DNA of 64,000 bases, taken from Acanthaster planci. Lineage: Eukaryota. Location: the NCBI RefSeq assembly GCF_001949145.1, contig NW_019091355.1:5853068-5917067 (forward strand), read 5' to 3'. The position numbers and the translations under genes were made by a program. The notes under the pieces are model-generated. The model did not search any database, was not told the origin of the DNA, and was given only the letters and a program-made list of their open reading frames with translations. Of the stretch, positions 55,001 to 64,000 are shown piece by piece (the first letter of the stretch is position 1; every line of letters begins with the position of its first letter).

Positions 55001-57828
55001 ATCATTGGCCGACAAGGCCTCCAGGGGTTTGGATCCCAACATGGTGGGCACTGCGGCTGAGCTGGCCCTGTCCTGCCTAAGGCATGCCCATGCCTTGAAC
55101 CCAACCGAGGTCAATAGGGCTCTAACCCAGGTAAGGCCATGTCTGAATCTTGACTCTAACATTAGAGCGAGGTCCAGGCCTGTGCCAGTTGCAGAGATGT
55201 GGACATGTGACCCTCTCTGTAAAAATGAAGTCAGAAGTCACCAGAGCTTATTTTGATTCTGATTTTGTACTGAAAAAGGGCAAATGGGCTCTTTGGTTTG
55301 GTACCGTCACTCAAATTGATATTCTGATGAAAGTGGACATTCTGTGGATGGAAATATTGAGGATACCTGTTGCTTTGTGGTGGGCAGGATTCTTTAAGGG
55401 GTCCTTAACTCTAAAGTGGTTGTGGTAACTTATGACTCATTTTCACAGAGGGGTTCACATGCGCTGACAATAGCCATAGCCGTAGCCCTGAAAATCCATG
55501 TCGGACATGGTCTACGTCTTCACATACATGTATGTTGAGCCCCGAGCCAAGTGCAGAAAAGAAGAACAGAAGTAGAGGAAAGATTTGTTTAACCAAGACA
55601 GATTGATGGCTAGAATGCCATGCAATATACATTGTTTGTGATTGGATCCCAGCTAGCTTTCTGCTAAAGCATATAAGTTTGCTAGTTGTCAAGAAACATT
55701 TCCACCATAGTATCTCCATAAAATTGAGGCCTAGCATATCTCCAGTGGTGTGGAGTTCTCTAGCTTCTTAATATCTGTCGTCTAAAACTAAGTGAAGATC
55801 AATACATAAAACAGTGCATAACAGTGGCAAACACACACACTGACTAAATCTATCTTGGGGTGCCTTCTGACTATAATATTGGCATGCTCTTGTCTGGAAA
55901 CCATTTTTTGACTAATTCAGAATTTTAAACAAGTCAGATTTTGTGTGTGTTTGGTAGTGCAAAGAACAGGACTACCAGATGCTGGCCAATGCTTGTCTAG
56001 CTGTCGAGAGTGCGGCCAAAGGAGGCGATGTCTATCCAGACGTACTCTTCAATGTTGCCCACCAGTGGGAGTGGCTTCATGACAATATGTTGGGAGCAGC
56101 TAACAGTCGTCGAGTCCGGCCCAGTGAGGGTGCAGATGCCCACCAGGCCACCGGTAACAATGGCTCGCCGACCACAGAGAGTGGTCAGATTGTACCGTAT
56201 TCAGTGGCTGTGAGTGTGGCACCCAACGCAGCCGTAGTCAGTCCCTTGTTGTTACCCTATGGAGTGGCCCGGGTGCCTCAGGCTGTGCAGGTACCGCTGG
56301 TGTATCATCCCAGCTGCCCAGAATATGTCCAAGTCGACCCATCATATCTCCCTAGGTTGCCTGGAACATTCCAAGGATACCCTACACTTCCACATGGCCG
56401 ACATGGGACCCCAGACCACAGACAATTACAGCCAAACTCACACAACGTGCATTGGAATGGAGTCCACCAGTGTCCGCCCTACTATTCAACATGTCCCTAC
56501 TCGTCCCCCAACCCTGTTCCCCAGGGTGTCCCTGTACCCCTTCCAAATCAGTTCTCTGCCCAGGCAGCCCCCTCTGCTGCCCAACCAGGGGTTTCCCTCC
56601 GCCCTACCCATGGTGGTTACCCGCTGCCCGTCGTGCATCCCAGGCAGTCAGCAGCAGCCCAGCTGGCCTCTCCGCAGCAGAACCCCCCTCTCCAGCAAGT
56701 GGTTGGGCCCATGGGTCCACACCAGCACACAGGACTGTTCTATTTGGATGCAGCATACAGGGTAGGCATGCTGGCCATTGACACGCTGGCAAGGAGGGTG
56801 CACGACGAGAGGACACAGGCGAGATTCTCCCCCAATCCGCCCTATGGAGAGGATATCAAATGGCTCTTGGAGATATCCAAAAGGCTAGGTAAAACAAACA
56901 ATCGTGATCATTAATCCTTTATGCCAGATTAGGTCAACTGATGTAGTCTCTCTAGATGTACAGCATGTCAAGCTTATCCCTGGGTTTTACCACAGCAGCA
57001 CATGTTTGACAACTGATTGTCAACAGCCACCAAAGTGTTTCGCATCCAAAATGTACTGGACTTAGGTTTGCACAAAGGTAGTCTTATTACAATACGGGAT
57101 GTTAATTTACATCTTTAGAAATGATATACTGTGTTTGGACATCTGATCGACAAACACAACTGAAAATTTCTTTTTTGTTTTTGTAAGGAAAAATTTCATG
57201 AACATGTGGTCAAAGAGGTGACCCATAACGTGGCCAAATTATCCGAAGCATATTTTTTTGTGATGAAAGGGTTACTTGTATCGTCCCGTCTGGCTAAACC
57301 CCACTGCCTAAATGTATCCACTGAGTACAAATGTGGAAAGGCTAGATACTATGTTGTGTTCAAAACATTCTAAAAGATAATTATTATTCCCCTGTTTGTG
57401 GTTCTACAGGTTCAAGCTATCTACAGCAATTCTGTGCATGTGTGCTGAATGTTGTGGTGAGCCCCTTTGTTCTACACACCATCGCCTGGGAAGCTGCCCA
57501 CTACCTAGCCTCTAGTAATCACACTCCCATCCAGGCCAGTCTGCGCTCACCTGTCCTGGGTCCCATCGTCCAGAAGTGTGTTCAGATGTACATCCAGTGC
57601 ATCCACCAGCGTATGTACCACGTGACGCAGCCCGAGTATGATGACTTCATCGCCGTGGTACAGAGTGCTCAGAAGGCATTTGTCATGGCACCAGGTGGCA
57701 TGGCGCAGTTCAACGACTTCCTGCAGTCACTGCGCAGGTTGCGACCATGCAAGCGGGAGCTGTGGACTCGGCTAGCAAGCACACTGTCACCAGGGAATGT
57801 GTTTGAACATTCATCTAGTAGTCACTGA
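25099..57828 (+). CDS. ZSWIM8: Zinc finger SWIM domain-containing protein 8 (ZSWIM8/EBAX-1/Dora), Elongin BC-cullin E3 substrate receptor; 16 coding exons, about 1885 aa
   Basis: join(25099..25291,41466..41610,42661..43045,43655..43857,44467..44668,45027..46136,48436..48576,48877..49050,49285..49459,49666..49895,50654..51281,52095..52308,54123..54418,54919..55130,55958..56888,57410..57828) = 5658 nt, all GT-AG and phase-consistent. Hallmarks: RFSFEDSDRFEEDSLCSW, BC-box-like LVELAAKTV, LQLRIAFWSFPENEEDIRLYSCLANG, SWIM CTC...WCSH, LRGREPEGIWNLL, PNQPSEASAHFFFELA, NWLSRTYSSHVSWITGQAMEIG. Confidence 0.96.
30192..30261. mobile_element. Short TTAA-flanked MITE, CCCTAAC-terminus family
   Basis: TTAACCCTAACAGGCCCAAG...CTTGGGGGTTAGGGTTAA. 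Confidence 0.6.
30967..31030. repeat. 12-bp tandem repeat (GTACATGTGTAT)n
   Basis: About 4-5 copies visible directly. Confidence 0.85.
36857..37073. repeat. 19-bp minisatellite (CTGGTCCTGCTAACTAGCC) x11 plus a partial copy
   Basis: Near-perfect head-to-tail units; two carry AACT>AATT. Confidence 0.95.
37517..37575. mobile_element. 59-bp TTAA-flanked palindromic MITE (second copy, opposite orientation)
   Basis: TTAACCCTAACACTCCTCAATCCTTCACCTGTTGGAGGACTGAGGACTGTTAGGGTTAA; matches 8975-9033. Confidence 0.75.
40492..40643 (-). mobile_element. tRNA-derived SINE (V-domain-like), older copy
   Basis: Minus strand has A-box-like TGGTGTAGTGG, B-box-like GGTTTGAATCC and ...GTGTTTTCCTCCC. Homologous to 40898-41058. 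Confidence 0.65.
40898..41058 (-). mobile_element. tRNA-derived SINE (V-domain-like)
   Basis: Minus strand GGGGGGTCAGGTTGGCACAGTGG (A box)...GGTTCAAATCC (B box)...ATGGGTTTCACC...CTGGGTTTTCCTCCCAC, resembling the V-SINE central motif GGTTTCCTCCCAC. Confidence 0.7.
41756..41926. repeat. Tandem duplication, period 87 bp
   Basis: TAAACTATCTAAGATAAAG...CCAGTGGAATCT occurs identically at 41756 and 41843. Confidence 0.95.
42069..42330. repeat. 44/45-bp minisatellite, 5 copies plus a partial copy
   Basis: GAAGACA(C/TG)GGCAGGACCAAGAGGGGCTCATGGTACCGTAAATGT starting at 42069, 42113, 42157, 42202, 42246 and 42291. Confidence 0.95.
47527..47815. repeat. 23-bp minisatellite (CATGTACCGTACATGTACCTGTG) x~12
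   Basis: Period of 23 seen directly (47538, 47561, 47584...). It produces the spurious CTCT/VHVP ORFs. Confidence 0.95.
48215..48364. mobile_element. Hairpin MITE (hAT-like CATACCTGCCAAC terminus)
   Basis: ACCTGCCAACCTGTCGTACTCCTTCCTGAGGTCAGGCATTACCACA / TGTGGTGATGCCTGACCTCAGGAAGGAATACGACAGGTTGGCAGGT. Similar 8-mers flank it (ctattttg / ctatttga). Confidence 0.75.
52631..53045. mobile_element. Non-autonomous DNA element with (A)TGTGACC-type termini
   Basis: TGTGATCTGTCA / TGACAGGTCACA inverted ends. Related ends occur at 55204-55461. Confidence 0.5.
53626..53694 (-). mobile_element. tRNA-derived SINE head fragment (different family)
   Basis: Minus strand GGCAAGCTCGGTAGTTGACTGGTAAGACGTCTGCACAAGAAAGCAAGAGGTCCTGGGTTTGAATCCCAC: A/B-box layout without a proper cloverleaf. 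Confidence 0.5.
55204..55461. mobile_element. Non-autonomous DNA element with CATGTGACC termini
   Basis: CATGTGACCCTCTCTGTAAAAATGAAGTCA / TGACTCATTTTCACAGAGGGGTTCACATG imperfect inverted ends. Confidence 0.55.
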
Positions 57829-60800
57829 CAACCTCCCATGTCATAACTACTAAAACCACAGATTTAGCAACGATGTCAACTCTAACAAGATGAACATATC
57901 ATAAGTATCTTTGGATATACAAAACTTCATGACCCAAATATTTCAAATTGTTTATGTGCTAGAAGTGAAGTGGTATGCGAACGTACATTTCAATTCAGTT
58001 TTAATTTTTAACTGAAAATGTGTCAATTTTTTGATATGTATGTCAGAGGTTATTTGTTTTCATGATTTTTTCCTGACAAATTCACTCGCAGGAAATTTAA
58101 AGTGTTATATCTGTAAACTGCAGCATCATAAGTGACTAGCTGTCCCACTTTGATATGGAGAAAGTCTTGGGGGGGCTTTGTTTGGGTATTGAGGCTGTAA
58201 ATAATGATGTACTTAATTGAATGTATGATAATGATGTGTGCAAACTGTCTCCATGTCAAAATGTTAGCATTTGTAAACTAGTTAAGCATCAGTAGGAATA
58301 TTCGTGTAGAGTAGGAAGACCTTGTCAGATGTAGGCTGTTTAGAAAGATTTCACATTTGGTTTGTGCCCTCGGGTGAGGGTTCCTTGGTCTCTGTTTTTT
58401 TTCTGTACATGTAATTATGTTCGTTGACAAATGTTTTTAAATTTGTTTCACTAATGACAACCAGGGAAATAGTACATGTATGGTATGCACACTGGAGAGA
58501 GTCTGAACAGTCTGAGCTTGTGCAGATCTGGATCTTATGGTCTGTGCTGGGTTGGCCCAATGTTGATCTGGCTTTTCTCTTTGCCACCGATGAGGGAGTT
58601 ATTTGCACATGGGCTTAGCTTGCACCAAAGCCACTTGCAGGCAGACAGCCTGGCTACATTTTCAGCACAGAAAGCCCAGGATGGACCATTAGGCACGTAA
58701 GGTATCCACTCCAAGCAGGAATAACAGAAGATGTGTTTTATTGTGACCCATTGATGGGAACTCACCACATGCACAGTTTCATGCATATTTTGTGTGAGAC
58801 GTGGCAAGCATGCACAACCAATTACTCTATATACGTACGGTCTTTGCATGTGTGCCAGGCATGTGAATGAGCCGAGTCAAAACATTTCCCGTCAAGCCTT
58901 ATCCTCTTTGCCAGTGAGAGTGCAGTTCCACTCTGGGCAGATACATGTACATGTACATAATGGTACATATCAGAGGCTTTGATACATTGCTTCTGCATGC
59001 TGGAGATTGTGTATGTGTAAGATTTTGCATGAAATAGATACGTTTAACCGCAAGAACAGAGTGCGTCTTGACTACTTCACTGTATTAACACAGTGATCAC
59101 ATTTACGCCTCCTTGTACTAGAGGATTCTCCCCCCCAAGCAGTAACATCCCTTGGGGCTGACACACCATGTAGCATACATCTTGCTTTCAGATGTTGTCT
59201 TAACCTCTCTTCTTGCGACCAGCGAGGGGGTGCTTCTACACTGAAGTCCTTAAATCATGGTCTCAGCCTGCGATTTCAGATAATGAGCTATACTGAGTGT
59301 TTAGTGAAGCTGAGCTGTGCACTGTAGGTGCTGATTTTATGAACACTTACAAATGGTCGGAGCTTTTCAGATTGACATGGGATTGTGGTGTTCACATGAA
59401 ACATGTGGATGTGATTGTAGGTGTCAGTGATGTGACAAAGAAGTAGAATTACAGCCAACTTAGAATAGGTAGTGTCATTATAGCTGACAGTATGTTTTTC
59501 TTTGAATTTTGTGATTTTTGTTTTTTGTCTTGGTGGTCACAGAGTAACCGGTCATGACCTGGTTAAAGATGGCTGTTGTAACCTGGTAAACTGTGGTACT
59601 AGGTAACTGCAATTCCTCCCACAGTGTGATACATAAAATGAAAGATACCATTCTATCAATACAAACAAAATGTGTGTGAGACTGAGTATTATTCAAAGGT
59701 GTACTCACCAACAACAAAGAGGTAAACATGAAGATATGTTTTCTTTGTAACCAGTATGCAGTGTGTGCCCTATGTTCGTATCATTCACTACCCATTCATG
59801 TTCTTAAAAGAATATATTTATCTGCTTTTGATAACTAAATGTTAAATGTTATTAAACTGGTTTTATGTTGTAAGAAAAAGCAGTTACATGTAGTTGTGGA
59901 TGTTAACACAATATTGCTGAAATGGATTGGTTGTGCCATTTTTGAATCCAGCATTTTATTTTTGCTATGGCTGTGGATTGGCACAGTGGTCACCCAGTGG
60001 CAGAGGCCATAGGCGTAGCGTAAAAACCCTGCTTCGGACATGACTTAGTTCATTGGCCCTTCCATGTTTCTGGTTGGCTTTGAGTACATGAAAGCTTGTG
60101 TCCATATTGAACATGTTGGGCTGTTGCTTTTGCTTTTTTGCCATTGGCATGCTGCTGTGTCTAGCCCTAGCCATAGTCACACACACTATAAAGTCACGGC
60201 ATCAGAGTTGACAAGGTCCTTCATTATCCAATGCCTGCTATATAAAAAGATTATGGCAAAGACAGCTGTGTTGCTGAAGATGACCCATTTTAGTAAGTAC
60301 TTGTTGAATTTCAATGAACTGTACACATTTGAGGAATGATTTTACGTTAGAAATTACATGGTAACTTTGTAAGCATTACTGGAATTGTTAGGCTACTGTT
60401 TTTACAAATGTGAAAAATTTACTAACTGGTAAATGTTAAGACTACAGGATATGGCTTTTTACCTGTGTTGGTGTTTTACTGTTTAATGTGCAATGATCTA
60501 GACTGTTTTGTCTTACGATGTTAACATTATTTACATGACTGTTGAATCATTTTCTTCTCATTAGATCTTTCTTCCTTGGATTTAAATGGCTGTTTCTGTG
60601 TTGTGGGTGGAGCTTCCATTTGTATGTCTATCGCAAGTTATGAACAGATTAGCATAAAGACTTGAGTAGGTCGTAAAAATGCAAATTACATGAATGCAAA
60701 ATATGCGTCTTGATGGCAAATATTCTAGATGAAAACTTTGCAAACATGAATATGCATCAGTGGGCGTTGCCTTTTTTCTCTCCTTCCTAGATCACTTATT

Positions 60801-61760
60801 AGCAAGCAATTAGTGATTCTGTAGAAAGTAGATATGCATATTACAAGAACTCGTGATTTATCCAATCAGGTATTTATTAATTTTTGAGTATTGAATATGC
60901 AGCAGTCATTTGATTTTTAACCCTTTTCCTGTACTTTATGTAGGACTGTTTTGTTGTTTTTAATCTTCAGAAGTTAATGGATTTGTGTTCTAATGACAAC
61001 TGTTAAATTATCATCTAAAACCTGGAGGTATTGAAACTACAAAATTTTGATACTTCTCTCTGATTCCATACGGCCCGTCACCTTTTGTCCTATTTACAGG
61101 GAAATCATTTTTTTGCTGTTATTTAATATTGCAAAACAAAGCCAATGATGGATTTCAAAAGTTGAATTGGGACAATTTTTAATTGGTTATTTGTATAAAG
61201 TGTTCCCCCCTCATATTGTACATGTAGAGTTTGGGATCCTGACAGGGATATATAACGTTTTTTAAAGGAAGAAAAGTCTGAATGAAATCAGTGATAACTG
61301 TTTCCAATTTATATTTGGAGCCCACAGAGGAACCAAGCTCAAGTATGGTTGTTTACTAAAGACTTTGTTTGGTTTTAGTTGTTTAATTTACAGTTCTCAG
61401 GTTTTTGATATTTTTAGTGTACATAGTATTCGAATATAATGTTACTTGTATTGTTTCCTACCCTTTTTGTTCAAAATCAAATGTCTCACACAGTAAGGGA
61501 ATCCAAAATGCTGAAACTGTCTTTAGGTTCATATTTATGACAAAATGACGTGACAGAAAGGGTTTGTTTTTAACATTGTTCTTTGGTTCCTGATGCATCT
61601 TTTTTTTCCCCAGATAGTCCCACTGTCACCATAATAATGCATTTGATTTTTATCATTGTTTTTCACATTGTGTTTTAAAAATCTATTATTTATCTTTGTC
61701 AGTTAGTCACGTGACTGTACAAACTGATACACTCCATTTCAAGAAAACGAATGAAGAAAA

Positions 61761-61766
61761 AATAAA
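61761..61766 (+). terminator. Candidate polyadenylation signal of ZSWIM8
   Basis: AATAAA at the end of a long U-rich stretch after the stop at 57828, followed by GU/U-rich sequence. It is the first canonical signal I noticed. Confidence 0.45.
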
Positions 61767-62007
61767 TGAAAAATGTGAGAAGTCCATTTTTGCTATATGA
61801 ACAATTAGTTTTGCTGTGACTGTTCTTGCTTCGACTCATAAGTCTGGTGACTTTTTGCAGGATATAATCATGGCTGCCATGCTGTAGGCAAACAGTCAGC
61901 TATAATATCCAGCAATGAAACGGGTTAGTCCCTTATTCACAAGGGCCTTTTTAAACTGGCAAGATAAAAAAAAGAGTAAACCCAACAACCTTAACCCAAC
62001 CAAACAC

Positions 62008-62326
62008 TAGCTTTGGTCAAGGCGTTCATCAACCGTCGTAGCACAGCACGCACCAGCCACTTACTGACCTAGTACGTACCTGCGTATGTGCATGTACATA
62101 TCTGCATACATTGCAAAATCAAGGCGAAGAGCGACCTCGCACAGCCTATGAAATAGTTCCTAGTTCAGCTGATTTGCACATTTCTTAGGCCGTGTGAGGT
62201 CGCTCTTCGCCTTGATTTTGCAATGTATGCAGGTACGCACATGTACATATGCAGGTAGGTACTAGGTCAGCGAGCGGCTGGTGCATGCTGCGCTGTGCTG
62301 AATGATAAACACTTTGACCAAGGCAA
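62008..62326. mobile_element. TAG-ended foldback MITE with perfect 9-bp TSD (Academ/AcademH-like)
   Basis: ACCAAACAC|TAGCTTTGGTCAAGG...CTTTGACCAAGGCAA|ACCAAACAC. Almost the whole element is an inverted repeat (for example CTGCATACATTGCAAAATCAAGGCGAAGAGCGACCTC / GAGGTCGCTCTTCGCCTTGATTTTGCAATGTATGCAG). Confidence 0.85.
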
Positions 62327-62379
62327 ACCAAACACTACACACTCGAGCTTAACACAAACTGTTATTGCTAGTCTCACAC

Positions 62380-62385
62380 TTTATT
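62380..62385 (-). terminator. Candidate polyadenylation signal of protease 3
   Basis: tttatt on + strand about 870 nt downstream of the stop at 63250. Confidence 0.4.
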
Positions 62386-63249
62386 ATAAAGTTGGAAAAA
62401 AGATACTGTGGATGTGACCACAATACTTATCTACAGAAAAAGTTGGCATCAAAAATGCAACAGGTTTCAAAAATTTGCAACAATCCTAAACTCGGCAAAT
62501 AAAGCAAAATTTTACCATTTTTTCATTGGAAAATGCCTTCCATCAGGCCAGAATACAGCCTTGACTGAATAACTTCACTGCGGCTTCAAATTACAAATCT
62601 ATGGTACTGACTGCAGCCATTTCCCATAGAGTTGTGTCTAATTTGAAGCCACAGTCATGTCATTCATACACAACCTACAGTCCAGTCCAAGGGTTCCTTT
62701 GAAAGTCTCAACAAATCTGTCAGTGATCCTTCATAATATCTCACATAATGGAGTAACTATTAAAGATTCAAAAATGTTACAAGCCATTACTTACTAACCA
62801 CTCATGGAGGTTTGCTCACAAGACATACTGAATTCTTGCTGAGGTCTCTTGGTCAGTTAATGCTGTTTTTTTGTTTGCACTGGTATTTCCAATGCGTAGG
62901 TTTTGCCTTGAACATAGCAAGGGTTACAAGTTTCCTCTAAATATAAATAGCCTTCTGTGATATATGTAAAAAGAGGAAAGCACACAAGAGCAAACTGCAT
63001 TGAACATAAAAATAGACAAAGGTTACATTCACTACCTGTGATGTATTTCAAAAAGAAAGAAATTTACTAAAACAACTTATGTGTAATACCAGACTAACAC
63101 CAAGAAGATAGGTTCACCAAATATGACCACAAAATGCTTCAAATCTCAATATTGTTTGTGGAAACTAGTCCACTATAGAGTCATTTCACTTGGGCCATGC
63201 CTAAAACTTGGCAATTGATGGAGTTGTGGATTTTGGTGCATGCACCAGG

Positions 63250-63563
63250 TTAACACTGTCTGGTCTGCCTCTTCTCATTGATCCAATCCAGGAACTGGTT
63301 GACCCTGGCATAGACCCCTGGGGCATTCGGCTGGGCACAGCCCGACCCCCACGAGGTCACGCCCACAATCTGCCACACCCCTTCGTATTCGCAGACCAAG
63401 GGCCCACCACTGTCGCCGTCGCATGAGTCAATGCCACCGCTCAGGTAGCCTGCACACAGCATTTGGCTGGTCAACTTGTAGCCGTACACACGCCGACTGC
63501 TGCAGGTGGAGCGGGGAAGGAGGGGTACCCGTGCTTCTTGCAGAAGGCGTGGGTAGTCACCTC
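63250..63563 (-). CDS. Trypsin-like (S1A) serine protease, terminal exon (rest of gene beyond window)
   Basis: Acceptor TTTCCAG|GA at 63563. Encodes [38 protein letters not shown] and PGVYARV; stop TAA. Confidence 0.93.
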
Positions 63564-64000
63564 CTGGAAACAAAAGCAGGGGAGGAAAGGGGAGATGTTA
63601 CGTGAAACAATGCAAGTTCAATTGTACATTACATGTATATGTCAAATGATACTGGCAAGCCACATGCCATAAACAAGGTGTGTCGGTGTTGTAACCATGT
63701 CATTCCTCTCATTAAGCCAGGACATAAGTCATTTTTTCACAAGTAACCAGTCTGTCACAAGCATACAGCTATATATAAAAACCAGAGCACTGACTCATGC
63801 ACAAAGTGATGCCTACTGGGCGCATCCATGTTTGTGCACAAATCTATGGAAAACTCCAAATTTTGTATGGCTTTTGTACGGCTATTTGCATATCTGTGTC
63901 TATATTCTAAAACAATACGCCAACAAAGTTGTAAACAAAATAGTATCTAACGCTCATTTCCAAACAGTAAATGAATGTTTCATTTGCTGTGCACAAAAAA

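Noticed and set aside
56010..56816. Alternative-frame ORFs overlapping the Pro/Gln-rich ZSWIM8 exon
   Set aside because: Expected shadow ORFs of GC-rich, low-complexity coding sequence.

Overview
Eukaryotic (animal, probably marine invertebrate; taxon not determinable here) genomic DNA, AT-rich and intron-rich. Most entries in the six-frame ORF track are spurious, so I rebuilt genes by hand from GT-AG boundaries and intron phases. Gene order: (1) last exon of a trypsin-like S1A serine protease (+, 1-341); (2) a complete 5-exon secreted trypsin-like protease paralogue (+, 2325-7388) with a decayed tandem tRNA-Gly array in intron 2; (3) RPS14/uS11 (-, CDS 16032-9437, probable 5'TOP exon near 21.7 kb); (4) head-to-head with it, a complete 16-coding-exon ZSWIM8/EBAX-1/Dora orthologue (+, 25099-57828, about 1885 aa) with a 16-kb intron and probably a ~4-kb 3'UTR; (5) last exon of a third trypsin-like protease (-, 63563-63250). 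Introns are full of non-autonomous DNA transposons (TAG-ended with 9-bp TSD, TTAA-flanked, TA-flanked pogo-like), tRNA-derived SINEs, minisatellites and many TACATG motifs. I found no autonomous transposase, CRISPR array or clearly novel protein system. The best leads are regulatory or repeat-level: an overlapping upstream ORF in the ZSWIM8 leader, AcademH-like MITEs, 59-bp TTAA elements, nested foldbacks and the tRNA array remnant.
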